From the NCBI GenBank assembly GCA_037379345.1, contig CM074511.1:60704862-60768861 (forward strand): a DNA stretch of 64,000 nt. Reading direction: 5' to 3'. Under the pieces are notes generated by a model, which was not told where the DNA came from, did not search any database, and saw only the letters and a program-made list of their open reading frames with translations. Positions 13,438 through 27,102 of this stretch are shown piece after piece (the stretch's first letter is position 1; every line of letters starts with the position of its first letter). The stretch comes from Perna viridis (taxonomy: Eukaryota). The translations under genes and the position numbers were made by a program.

Positions 13438-14051
13438 TTTCTGAAAATTTGGTCTCATTTTGTTGAAATAAAGCTGTTTTGAGGCAGTCCGCACAGAAAT
13501 TTCTAGTGTTTTGTCATAAAAAAGTGCATATTTTTGAAATCCTTGGTGTATGGAGGTTCAAGTCATTTAAAGTAATTTAGTAAAATCCAGTAGCCATGGT
13601 AACATACTGAAAAAAAATATTACTGAGTTTTGGTTCAACTCATAGGTGCCTTTCCAAAACTAACAGCCAATTGCTATGTTTTATTAAATATCAGGCACTT
13701 AGACACTACCACAGGATGAAAGCATGCATGGGGTAGGTGGAAAAGGGTAAAAATAAGAAGACCCTTTTCGATTCATTCTCTCACAATTTTAGTTCCAAAA
13801 TTTCGTGCGAAATAAGGTATTTCGAAAATCAGGCATCTGATGCTGAGGAGAGAATCTAATACGGTAGGGGACTGAAACGTTCCGGATACCATTCGTCATT
13901 TAAATTACACCTGTTTACTATTACATATATTACATCTGTCTATGTATAAATAACTACATTTAAACAATGTATCCACCAAATTTCAACTTTTAATTTTATG
14001 TTTTACAAAATTTGACCGGGGTAACCTGGTGTCCGAAACAGTGCGCCTTAA
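13438..14051 (+). mobile_element. Non-autonomous DNA-transposon-like dispersed repeat (copy 1), ending in CCTTAA
   Basis: 13438-13880 is colinear with the reverse complement of 39001-39416. The right end ...GTGCGCCTTAA resembles a TTAA-target (Kolobok/piggyBac-type) terminus. The superfamily is inferred only. Confidence 0.7.
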
Positions 14052-14229
14052 TGTAACTGTATAGTGCACCCTGAAGTCTTCAAATCATATTCTCGGTCAC
14101 TGCATGATTTTGCCTTCCTTTCAACATCCGAAAGGGCACGAATGCGATATAATAAAAAGTCGGGTGACTTCCGATAAAATTTTGAATTACTCTTTCGTAA
14201 CCGTGACACCCGAATGTTTTCAATTACTC

Positions 14230-14719
14230 GGAACCTGATTAAACAACTGGCAATGGCTATATATAGATATCGGGGTCCTGAAATATATAGTCAATTGTAA
14301 AGAGCCCTGTATTTGAATCGGAAACTGGGTAATATTACATAAATCCAATGGTAATCGATCATTTCATCTTTTAATGTAAACTTCCCGTTCTCTTACAAGC
14401 AAACAAAAACACACATAGACATGCGTATATTTTTAAAAAAAAAAAAAAAAAGGTACGTTGTAGAGAAATCGTTGAGTCGCTTATGATGCTACCAGGAAAC
14501 CAGATTAGGAACCAGAATAAACAACTGGCAATGAATATTCATAGATATCGGGGCCATGCTATTGTATATGACCTATATAGTTTGGTAACGAGCCCGTGCG
14601 CCTGAATCGAAAACTTGGTAATGTTCAATGCCAACCGATCATTTCATGTAAACTTCCCGTTCTCATACAAGCAAGAAACACACGCAGAACACACGCGTAT
14701 AATATTTAAGAGGTACATT
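14230..14719 (+). repeat. Tandem duplication, two ~220-bp copies (offset ~278 bp)
   Basis: Both copies contain AAACAACTGGCAATG, ATAGATATCGGG, TGAATCG.AAACT.GGTAAT, CGATCATTTCAT, ATGTAAACTTCCCGTTCTC.TACAAGCAA and AGGTAC. Confidence 0.9.
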
Positions 14720-16172
14720 TTTATCTAGACTAGAAGCTAGAATTATGACGCTGTGGGTAAACACGGCGAAGATCTGCGGCATTACGTGGCGTATATTTAT
14801 GCAAATCATATGCGAATATTAAGTACTGAAAATACGAGTGCAGAAGTCGCTGACAATATATAGCGACTTAAAAATGGCTGTATAAAAACGTAACGGTGTC
14901 TTCGTCTTATATTATATTGCATCTTGCTAATATAAAGTTTTGTTTTCCACTTCGTCTTATTGCTACCTAGATTAATTTAATTTGGCGCGCATGTGTAGCA
15001 TTCCAATATTTGATGTGCGTATACTCTGATTTTACGCTACTTTCCTGAGATATTCAACTATCTGCATTAAATGTCCAAAGAAACTGACAGTGTGAATTTA
15101 GAAACATACACAACACAAAACCGCAGTTTGTCAGTGCAGATTCCATCAGCAACGAACGAATTAAGAAGCAAGCAGTTATTTTACCAGCGGTGTATCGCAT
15201 GATAAATTTGGTCTTTAAGCTGTAGAAAAGGCACTGAATCAGAATCGTACATACAAGACGCGGTTTTTCATGTATTTGCTTTAAAACACTTAACGTGCAT
15301 CTTGCCTTGTTAGGCAACTAAATGCCTATGGCAAGCCCTGAACACTATGCTAGGTACAGAGCCGTAGCATGTTACACTTATCACTACAAACATATATAAT
15401 GCTTGCGTTGCCGAGATGAAAAACATGCGTATCATGTCGATATAGAAGGCATGGAATGTGTGCCAGACGATGAAACAGATAACGTATGTGTTACATCATC
15501 TTGTTTCATTTAAATGCACCTTTGTTAAAGTACTAAATACACAGCAATGCACTCAATTTTTATGTCTTATGTATAAAACAAAATGAAAGTTTGTTACTGT
15601 AAGGAATTAACGTTATAAAGACAATTTAGCTATAGGCTTTGTATAGGGACCACAACTCTCTGTTTTGCTTACAAACAATCTTTAAGCGATTTTTTTCTAC
15701 TTATAAACTTAAAAAACTATGTGTAGATTGAAATTATCTATAAATAATTATCCTCTTAACTTCTTAAACTGGTACTGGTTATCAATTCAGTTGGAGGTAC
15801 CGTTCAAATGGTTCTCCTGGCTATGTTTTAACATCTAAAGGATTATAATTCATGCATAGTTTGATTGAATGCTGGGTTGGCGCAACATCATGACACCAAA
15901 TTTAAATAATGACTGAGCAAAATCTAAACATTAAAATATATTAAAATACGGTTTATGAGCTTACTTAATGTCCCTTTGGTTGTATCACTTAAGTATGGTC
16001 ACGTTCAGAATTTCGCTCTAATTTTCATGAACTCTACTATATAAATAAACCACCAATATGTGAGTAATCTATCTATTTTCCCATAGAAATATGACGTGAA
16101 GTAATCATACTATTGTAATGTTCTCATTTGCTTAACTAGAACAGGGACTTTATATTACACTTATATACACTC

Positions 16173-16222
16173 CATGACTAGAGCTGAACTTGTACAATGG
16201 TACAAGTTCAGCTCTAATCATG
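16173..16222. repeat. 50-bp near-perfect palindrome
   Basis: CATGACTAGAGCTGAACTTGTAC-AATG-GTACAAGTTCAGCTCTAATCATG: 23-bp arms, 1 mismatch, 4-nt loop. Confidence 0.9.
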
Positions 16223-19200
16223 AACTTGTATAATGGTACTCAAAGGGGATCAAAAGGACTTTTCCACAGTCACAGTACAATTATTCTGCCGACGTAGATT
16301 GAACGATTTATACGTATTCACAATGTTACTCTGTGCATTAATTCATCATTGATTGACTGAATGTTCCCTGTGTAATAAATTTCAACAATTCACATGTGAA
16401 AACAAATTCAGTACTATTATCATTCTCGGACTTTCTCCCACAAAAACGCCAAGAACGCTTGAAGATATAGCCAGTTTCGCTACTCTTTAAATTCGGGCCT
16501 ATTTGGGTTGTTCACACTTTCCAATTAATTATCCTATTCATATTTAACTTGGGTAGTATGTGGGGTGTACGTATTTTCTCAAACGTTACGTACATGTAAA
16601 TGTGTCTGGGGTTAGAGATCGACCAGAAAAAGTTAATGATGCCATCTTGATGATGTCTTCAACTACAATTAAGAAATCAAATTGATTTTCTTTTAATAGC
16701 TATCTTATAGATTTGTGTGGTAAAATTCTGGTTAACCTTGTTATACTGTCACGCTGTACTTCTTGTAATACAATACAGATGTTTCTATCGAACGACGAGC
16801 GTCCTTATATGCATGCAGCATCAATATCTAAATAATAATTACATTTGAATATATGATATGCCCACACAGTGGATTCACTCAACGACAACAATGTCAACAA
16901 CTACAAAAACATGAATAAAGAGTTTCAATGAATTTAACCCAATTACTTTATGAGTAGTATGCTGGTATGCTTCAAGTACTGAACTAGATGACTTAAAGTA
17001 TAAATTGCATAATTAAAATATTGATGTTCTGTGGAAAGACATGTTGCACACTCTATATGAAGAATGCTGGAACTATGTATAATCTCTCAAATCGGAATTT
17101 AATCAAGCGCACCAGTGAAGTCCATTAAACACAGAATGAAGGAGCGACACCATTCCCTAGAACTTAAGCAAAAGTAACAAAGTCAACAGTAAGGGATTGG
17201 TTGCTTATTTAGCCGTCTTCCACATTGTGATGCAATAAACAACATTTTTTTACTGTTTATTTTATAGTTTCTGTACAGTTAAAAAACAAAGAAATTCCTA
17301 GATAGCGTTTTATTCAAAATCATGTGATATTAAAAGATGATATTACAGCCGGAAGTACCTAGTTAAAAACTTCGTACATTTCTTCTCTTATTTTGACCTT
17401 CATTGATTGTTACTCTTCAGCCGGATGTCTAATTAACACAATCTTCCTCTTCAGGCGCCCCAGTTTACAACTTCTACGTAGTTGTAATTAGCTGGTGATG
17501 AATTTGATGACTCAAATGTACGTTTCATTTTTTAAGAAACCTGTTTAACTATTCGAAACATCACTGTGAAGCAATGCATCATTTCAACAGTTTATTTGTA
17601 ACAATTAAAAAGGTGTTTTGATGATGAAATTTTACATGGAACCCCCACAAAAACACGTTTAATTACAGCTAGGTTTCCAGCTAAGAGGGAAAAAAATACA
17701 TTTTATGAACGAAAACTTCAGTTTCATTCAAAATGTTAAAGATTATGTTAATGCATAAGTGTCAACATGTCATTCGGTATTTGCATGATATATCTTTGTA
17801 TTAGTATATTCACGTTCGTAATGTACTAATTCTCTGGTTTATACTTACCAACTCCTGGCAAGATAGGGATTTACCCTTCGAAGCAACAGCAGCTCGAGAT
17901 TTAACGACCCAACAGGAACAGAAACTGAAGTCGACCAATCAGAATTACCCGGAAATTTAATAAATTGAAGTTTTTTTTATATCTTATGTTATTGAAAAGA
18001 AGAGGATTTTACGTTGGTTTATTGATTGTTGTTTCTTGTTAATGTTTGTCATTTCCGTGTTTTCTTCCTATAAAATTTTTTGAGACAACTGTTTGTTTTT
18101 TAAAGGAAATGAATTGCTACCGCACACATTTTAAGGTTGCGCAAAATAAGCACAAACAAACAAGGTAAATAGCAATTGCTTTAAAAAATACAGTTTAGAT
18201 CGCAAATTGTATGACGTTCAAAATTAAAACGGTTTCTTGTTTGTCAAGAGAAAAGAAATGTTTTCTTATTCTATAAGATGAAAGGAATGTAATTACCTTA
18301 CAAGTTAACTTTTAATGTAAGATTAAGTAGCAGTTTCATTATACCTCTAATAGATACTTCCTTTGATGAAAACACTAGGGTTTTACCATTAATTGTTCTG
18401 TTTCGTTTTATGATGATTGAAGGTCAAATAAGGACAAGACATCGAGCAGCTCATCTGTATGGCTGAGTTGAATGCTCTATCTCGAACGCTTACCTTCTTA
18501 AGTATTGGATATTCAACAATTTTGTGCTTTTCTCGAAAACACAACATAAACTCCTGGCAATGGTATGGCTGTAAATAAAAGATAGAATGAATGATTGATG
18601 GAGTTTAAGATATAAATAAAGATAACCCGCCGCATGTCTGAAAACAGTTGATTATTTATTTATAAGTATGTCTCATTATATCTTTTTATATACGAAATGA
18701 GGAGCTGATGGAGCTGAAAGTTTGAAGAAAATCCTACGTGCTAGCTTTCATATTGTTGTTTTTTTTTTACATAGTAAAATCCATGTTTTAGCAAACGTTT
18801 TGTACACGTATCGGCAAAAACCACTGGGGGAGGTTTCGTTGAATTTGTAAGATTTACATAGATCAAGCCCCATTATATAGAACATGGTCTTTTATGTTTT
18901 GAAGGGGGTTTAAGTTTCATAAAGACAGAAATGGAGAAAGGGAACAGCTTAATATGTATGCACCTGACTTCCACTCACACATTTGCACTATTTTAAATTA
19001 AATTAAATCTGATATGATATATACTGATATTGATTTTAAAATTCCGCCATGAAAAATGTGGATTACTTGGTTCAATCGTAGGGAACCAGTTAACACCAGT
19101 ACAAAACAACTTAATGTTACGAAATAAGTGAAGAAGCTGTGATATGGATACTTTAATAGTTTTGCATCTGTACAGGTAACTAACATTGAAGAAAATGATG

Positions 19201-20001
19201 GCATGAAAATTTCATAAAGCTAGAAATAATTCCAATATCGATAAAAGCAGCTACAAATGAAGTTTTTGTACGCGATATTGGATGAACCGCAACATGCAAA
19301 AGAAATATAATCTATAACTATTTTGTGGATGATCGAGTGTACAGTGCACTAGACTGTAGCTTAATTTCGCTGTGACTTTATTTGTGTCTTATGTCTCAAG
19401 GTTAAGGAGGGAAGCCAATTATTGCCAGATGCTGTCGACTTGTTTCTTTTACTGTTATCTAATATGTCTTTCAACAAAGGTATTGTTATTAGCTTTGCAA
19501 TATGTTACACTTTATTCGCTCTTTTCCCCATGTGTACTTTTTCCTGTACGGCAAAAATGATTGATATTGGGTTTAAGATGTATCACAGGATCATCACACG
19601 AAACAACCTATTACCGATGCAGATTTATTCATTACCATATTTCATGAATTGTCAAGGCTGGTTTATCTTCCATTCATTTTTTCAATGTATTTGATGTTAT
19701 AAATTGAAGCAATTCTTTGGAGGTTATTGACTGTCTCATATCTAGTACTTAATCACACTGTATGTATTCTGTTAGATCTAATTGAAAGGAGTACCGCTTT
19801 CTAGTACCTTGAAACACTGTACATTTCTGAAGGACGCGTTGACGCAAATTAACTTTAATTTCTGTAATCGAATCCTGCATTTTTTCTAGACCAGTGACCA
19901 CTATAGTATAGCTGATAGAATGTGCGTGAGCATAAATGCCAGCCCTGGGCAAGGAAAGAAATAAATACATGTAGAGAAATAAGATCTTTTTCTGTAAATT
20001 T

Positions 20002-20693
20002 TCTGTTCTACTTAATGCCGACAAGTCTGTATGGAGTGTCTCTGTTGTACTTACTGCCGGCAAGTCTGTATGGAGTGTCTCTGTTGTACTAACTGCCGGC
20101 AAGTCTATATGGAGTGTCTCTGTTGTACTTACTGTCGGCAAGTCTGTATGGAGTATAATTATATCTGTTGACAATTGTTCCTACTTACTGCCGGCAAGTC
20201 TGTATGGAATATATCTTTTGTACTTACTGTCGGCAAGTCTATATGGAGTGTCTTTGTTGTACTTACTGCCGGCTAGTCTGTATGGAGTATATCTCTGTTG
20301 ACAATGGTAATAGTGTACCCTACTTACTACTGGCAAGTCTTTATGGGGTATATCTCTGTTGACAATGACAACAGTGCACCCTACTTGCTGCCAGCAAGTT
20401 TGTATAGGGTATATCTCTGTTGACAATGCTAATAGTGTATCCTACTTACTACCGGCAAGTCTTTATGGGGTGTCTCTGTTGTACTCACTACCGACAAGTC
20501 TATATGTAGTATATCTCTGATGATAATGGTAATAGTTTACCCTCCCTACTTTCGGCAAGTCTGTATGGAGTATATCTCTGTTGAAAGTGTACTTACTGCC
20601 GGCAAGTCTATATGGAGTATCTCTGTTGAACGGCAAGTCTGTATGCATGGAATATATCTGTTGACAATGGTAATAGTTTACCCTACTACTCCG
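20002..20693 (+). repeat. Minisatellite array with mixed 39-bp and 61-bp monomers, ~14-15 units
   Basis: Core TACTTACTGCCGGCAAGTCTGTATGGAGTGTCTCTGTTG. The CAAGT anchor (one copy CTAGT) occurs at 20022, 20061, 20100, 20139, 20195, 20234, 20273, 20334, 20395, 20456, 20495, 20556, 20603 and 20634. Explains the repetitive ORFs at 19749-20648. Confidence 0.95.
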
Positions 20694-22915
20694 TAAGCTT
20701 AAAACATCAAATAAATATCAAATTGCTGTTGACCTTGTCCGTTTTTTTTTTCTTTTATAACAGAATATGTTTTCAAGATAAACATATATTTGATTTTTAG
20801 ATGCATTTGTTTAAAGTTTGTAGGTGTTAAACTATACAAAGGAGGGACCATTTAATTTTATGAGGCTAAAACTGAATTTGAAATTAAGAGAGCTGTGCTA
20901 TTACCCAGCCATCCTTTTCGTCAATCAAATAATTACTTCCTGTAAGAATTGATAAGTCATTTCAGAAGAAATAACATTGGAAAACTAGTATGCTAATATG
21001 TGGAAGGTACCAATAACCTTTTATGAGATACGAATTTTCCTACACTGTATTTTTTCCTCTATGGCCCTTTACCTATCAAACAGAAAATTGACTTCGATTT
21101 TCTAAGCTTTCAAAGAAGATCGCGAATGCTCTCATTTCGACCATTTTCTCTTTATATAAACAGATTGTTGCTGTTTCTAATAACGCTGTTTTGTCTATTT
21201 TTTTTATCTCGAGTAAATGAACAAGACTCGGTCTAAAGAAACTACTTGTTATTTTAGATCAAAAAGCTAACTTTGTAACAACTTTTCTTTGTCTACTGAT
21301 TACAAGTATTTATTGTTAAAACTTAAATTTTATTACGTTTACTTTTTTAATCTGCTTTTTTAAACACTTCCCAGTGATTTCTTTGTGTAGATAAAAATGA
21401 CTCACTAAACTACAACATCGGAAAAATTTACGATAAATAACGAACTCAGAGTTTGGTATAATCTTCTTTACATTCTTAAATATTTTAATCAGAGTTGTTA
21501 ACCACAAAAATCGTTAATTCTACCCTCAGTAAATGAGAGTATTCAATATGGTACACTCCTTTGTTGTAAGGTAATGATTGATACCACGCGTTGTAATCCA
21601 ATGATTCCAAGGTAGCAGACTGTCTTTGAGTGCAATCGGCTGTCGCCATGTACATCGCAAAAGGGTCGATCAAAACAGATTTAAATTATTGAAATTATTG
21701 TTTAAAATTCCAAGCTGGTGGGATTAACCCGATCCATCGCACTTAATTTACACTAACAAACTAATTACGATCCGTTAATCCACGGGAGGTCGTGCCATTT
21801 TATTATGCACTTTGAAGGCTATGTTTTTTTGTTGTTGTTGGGTGTTTATCGTTTGTTTTTTTTTTGTTTTGTTGTTGTTGTTGTTTTTTTTTTTTTTTTT
21901 TTTGGCATATTGGCATGTACACTATACTTTTGCAGGTTTTAACTTGTTTTTAATGGATGAGATTATGGAGGAAATACTTAGCCTTGTTCACGTAACACGG
22001 ATTCATGATGTTGCCAACGTGAGCTTACAGTGTATCCGTGACGACACCAAATAATGAATATGATAAATTTGATCTTTTATTATTTTAACAGACTTTGTAT
22101 ATATTGTGTCTAAATTTCCATGTTCTAATGGGGTCTAGTTTTTGTGTTTTTTCTACAACTGAAAGAACACACCATTTACACCACACTTAAAGTGGCTTCA
22201 GTTCAAGAATTATTCATTGCTAGATGAACCTGCCCTCCAAAAACAGTTGTTTTTTATGTTTTTAAACTTACGTTGTGCAGTGTTCGTGAAATCTTGTCTA
22301 CAAACAAGATGAAATGTCCACCAAAGTGTAAAATACAGGATAAAACACCATTTCATGCGGATATAATTCATAAAGATCACTTTTTGTCACGGTATGTCAC
22401 AGGATACTGTTTGTAAATATAAAATCCCTGGATGAATAAGTATACATTCTGAATCTATTAAGCAAAGCTTTTTTAAAACAAAAAAAAAACTAGTATAAAC
22501 AAACTCTCATAGACTTTATCCATACTTTCACTCGACTAATTGAAAATTCGCTACAATCTGAATTTCAGAAAAAAAGTTTCGGAGAAGTTGATACAAATTG
22601 AAACTTACGTCATTAGAATACCATATAGGCATTTTTCATTTTCTGCAGTTAGAATAGAAATTCAAAGAAAGGCTTATCATATCCGATTGTTGATCCAAGA
22701 ATTTACTTTTATTATTTTATTGTATTATGTATCCAAATTTTATTGTGGTCTTCTGGTGCTTTGAAGACCCCAAAACCTGCTGTAGTGCATTTTGAAACAG
22801 CATTCCTAAGTAAGGACACGAGGACGCAAAAGCACCTAAGTAAGTGGTTTTGATGTTATATTTTTTTCTGGTGCTGCTCAGATGATTGAAGGTATATGCA
22901 TGAACAGTGTATATC

Positions 22916-23227
22916 ATGACAAAAACCTGATACGTGGGATACAGCGTCGTGACAAAAACCTGGTACACGAGATGTACCATAGTGATAAGAACCCTGCCGA
23001 TACACGGGATGCAGTATCGTGATAAGAACCTGGTACAGACGATATAGCGTTGTGATAAGAACATGGTACACGTGGCCAAGCATCGTGATAAGAACCCGAT
23101 ACACGGGATGTAGCATCGTGATCAGAACCTGGTACGCAGGATACAGTATCGTGATAAGAACTTGGTACACGGGATGTAGCACAGTGATAGGAACCTGATA
23201 CACCGGATGTAGCATTGTGATCAGAAC
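22916..23227 (+). repeat. 33-bp minisatellite, ~9.5 copies
   Basis: Consensus GTGATAAGAACCTGGTACACGGGATGTAGCATC. Yields 11-aa repeats in all three minus-strand frames. Confidence 0.95.
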
Positions 23228-26200
23228 AAGTCAAATTTATTTAATTGTGATTCACTTGTTTATTGTTCATAAAAATGATTTATGTGTATCTTCTTACATA
23301 AATATAGTTGTATAAGTATAAAAACTGAAGGACTTACAATATGTCTGAAATCTGGATCAGAAATTAGCGGACTACGTTATTATTGTTGTTGTATCAGATC
23401 CAAAGGTCATGGATAAAATACATGTACTATGTTCATAAATGTAGCATGGCCTATGGGAACATGTCGATCGATTTTGGCAACAGTTTGGTAAACGTACTTT
23501 TTTTTCATTTGATAAGTGTCGACCTTGGTTTATAGTATTTTGTTGCAACTTTTTCACATTAAAAAAATAGATTTAAGATAGTTTATCATCATTACAGTAT
23601 ACATGAAGTATCCAGTTTATGATAGTAAAAAATGTGGATATAAAATGTCACTACTAGTTTCTCTTTATTATTTTTTTTATATTACTAAATAAAATATATC
23701 TTACGCTGAAAAAAATGTGCTTATATCGAAACATGATAGTCGTAATTTTACCGCTGTTGTCATTGATTGTTTGTCCTCTTGTACACCTATAATTAAATGT
23801 CTTGTCTTGTCTTGTCTTGTTTTGCTTTGCAAACGATGGCAGTGCACTTCTTTAAAGTCAGTCAATTACAATAAACTACATGTAGCACAACCACCATTCT
23901 GTTCAGTAAAAAAACCTGTAATATCATTTGCTTCATTTTATCATTTTACAAGTCTTCAGTTTTATTCGTTTGTATTTTTCTATCATATGACATTTCCTTG
24001 TATTTAAAAAAGTGCAAAGAATATTCACCAGCTTAGATAAGTCAACGACAAACAACTTATGTACTTCAATGTCCTAGCCAGGCTTGATTTGCTAAGTCTC
24101 TTTCGGTCAGTATTATAAGACATCTGGTACAAATATTTACTTAAAAATGATAACTCGCAGACAGACGAACGGAAATCAATTGAGACTAAATGTGTTCTTA
24201 ATTTGCCCTAAAATCATGGCCAGATGCGAGAAGAAGTATGTGTCACTGGGAAAGTGTCAAGTCTAACCGATGTGTGTATAGGATCGGCTATCTTTGTAAA
24301 CAACGATCATCTTAATGAGTGTTAGTAATGATTAATAGCACATATCCCATGACCCTTTAGTTATGTTAACCTATTGACCATCATTAGTACACCTACACTG
24401 AAGAGGATAATATAGATATCCTACAAAATAAACATCTGTAGCAGCTGCAGACAAATATATCTCATATTCGTGGTATGCTTATCAATAAACACAACCTCTA
24501 TACTCTATATCTCTTATTTCCATATCTAAACCTTCTGGTATGCATTGCATATATTGAGTACCATATCAATTTCACTATGCATATGGAAAGAAGGTCTTTT
24601 AATCTGAATATTTCTGCGCCTCTATTTTTTTACGTAAGTAATAATTACTTATTTTACCAAATTAAAGATAGGACATACATGGCTATAGTACCCTACGTCT
24701 TCATTTGCAATATTGTTCCCCTTTCTCGAGATATTTTTCAATCTTCCCAATCTTCCAATCTATTGTTTTAGGAATAGTCTAATGTTCTTTTTTAAAACAG
24801 AAATGGGAATCAATCTTGCACTGGTTTATAAATTGAACATACCAAATATATTTTGAAATAAGTTGTTTATCTCCCTTTCATTTTTACAGAAAACGAAAAG
24901 ATTTAGGATGTAAAAATTATCTATGACCCATCCTTAAATACTAGTACATGTACTTGACACGGTGTTAAGATGGGATAAGCTTTAATTGTTAAGACATTCA
25001 TGACCCTTGAGCATGCTTGAAATTAACCTTGGACCATCCACGTATTAAAAGATATCATTTTTGTACCATCCTGTTTTTGTGAATTAAAACTGGGCTACAT
25101 AATCCATTACGAAAAACCCATTCATCAAATTCGCGCCTTTTCTGGTCTCTACCGTCGGCAAGACTAAACGTGAATTGTACAAGTACTGAAGAAACTACTC
25201 AAGAATGAAAGAAATTTAAAATAAAGATAAAATGTCCTGTTTTGCAGTTTGCAGACATCGCCTACGTATTTTCTTTGATGTGGTTTTTTTAGGGCTATGT
25301 CATTTGTATGCACACGCATTTTACAATTTATTCGATCCCAAATTGACAAACAAGTAAATACTAGTTATTTAAAAGTGATTTACAAGAAATTAAGTGTAGG
25401 TCATGAGTAGAGCAGATGACTTTGTTTATATGGACAATTTACCTAAGTCACTCCCGCGTGTTACCCAAATGTCGTCTGTTACACCTTTTGTTTTTATTTG
25501 TTTGGACTCTGTTCCCTGTACCTGAATTTAAGTTAATCTTCACGGGAGGGAATTTAAACCTGAGATAACATAGTTTACTAGGACGAAATTGGGTGAAATT
25601 CGATTAAAGATACTTCAACGAAGTACAGTTAATTATATAAGTAAATACGAACTTTGGTGTTTAGGCCAGTATTTGTTTGGAGACAAGTGTTTGGAAATGG
25701 TACGCTTTATCACAGAAAGTCGTTTCGATACAAATTCATTCAAAGGGTTTGACGTGACATCTTGCAGCACTTAGTTCTTCTTCCTTATGTTGTTAATTCG
25801 AGACTCGCGAAACAAGAATAAACACAGTATTTTGCACATGTATGCATGTTTTGCCTACTTCGTTCCACGCTGTCTGATACCTTTTTTGTCCAGACCAATC
25901 ATATTATATGCATGTTCTCCTACTTAAAGTGTGCATACTACTTACGCATATATTTTTTACGTTATACGTTCTAATTCGACTACTGTAACGTTACTTTTAG
26001 TATGTAATGACACACCAATTTTTAAAAATAAATAACTAGGACAAAGGTATCAGCTTTCTCAACTAATGTCAAATGAAAGAAACAACTAAGCGATAAGGTT
26101 GACATTGACGGTGGTGACTCTACCATTCTCTGTATATTTTTTTGCCGAGACTCAAACTTGTTGAATGCAAAAAACAATAATGTTTATTTTTATCTTATTT

Positions 26201-26884
26201 TATGAAAACATTAACGCTTTAACAAATGGAATGCAAAACAGACATTCTTGTCGTCACAATCGCTGACTTCAAAGTAAACATTAACCTCGTTTCACGTGTT
26301 ATATACTAGCGACGTATTGACCTAAATCCTTAAAAAATAATTGATTTTTGTTTTTAACCCTTTTGGAATTTTTTACGAACAGAACGTTTGGACTACATTT
26401 TAGTCGAGTAATAATACTGCCATGTGTATGACACGGCTACTGTGAGTATAGATTTCCAATACTGAAAACTGCGTGGGAAAACACTTCAGTAACATTAAAT
26501 GACCTCATTAAACCGAATAAAAAATATCATATAGAATTTCATATAGATTTCTGTCAGTCGTAATCGAGATTGATTATTACTTCATCGGTTGTTCACCAAT
26601 TATTGCTAAAATACTTTTTTTGTTATAGATTCAGGTCATATTGATCTGGACCCGAATGAGATCAATTGTTTTCTAATTACAAAAAAATGATGATGATGGA
26701 AACGTCCCATTCCGTTCTTAGTTGTTTTGTCGTCACAATATTGACAATAAACATCACGGTAAATATGGTGTTTATTAACTATAAAAAACAACATTATTCA
26801 ACTGTTCGATGATAAAATATTTTAAATGTATTTAAGATTTTATAAATCAGTATACATCGAAATTTGCATTGATGTATACAGTTA

Positions 26885-27102
26885 TTATGTCATACGTCGA
26901 GTACATGCAGTACATGTATAATTTAATGAGCGAAACAGCTGTCGTTCTTCTGTACCTTGTGCCTGTACCAGGAAGTCATCGTCCGATTTCATATCAAAGT
27001 TAACCATTTTCATCTCGTTGGCATGTTCATAATGGTACATGGACGATAGCTTGTCATAACCGTCCGACACACTACCACTCTTTCGCCTTACACAGCAGAT
27101 GT
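26885..27102 (-). pseudogene. Candidate terminal exon resembling the cytoplasmic tail of a type-I membrane protein
   Basis: Acceptor tttatag followed by ICCVRRKSGSVSDGYDKLSSMYHYEHANEMKMVNFDMKSDDDFLVQAQ...*. Contains a juxtamembrane Cys/basic cluster, a YxxL motif (YDKL) and an acidic DDDFL motif; GC is higher than in the flanks. Confidence 0.4.

Noticed and set aside
19749-20174. Longest ORF (141 aa, TDLPAVSTTETLH repeats) as a mucin-like gene
   Set aside because: The repetitive part is the 39-bp minisatellite, neighbouring 61-bp monomers break the frame, and there is no ATG start, signal peptide or splice support.
10364-23227. Tandem arrays as CRISPR-like repeat-spacer arrays
   Set aside because: The variable parts are homologous between units rather than unique spacers, the repeats are degenerate, there are no cas genes, and the context is eukaryotic.
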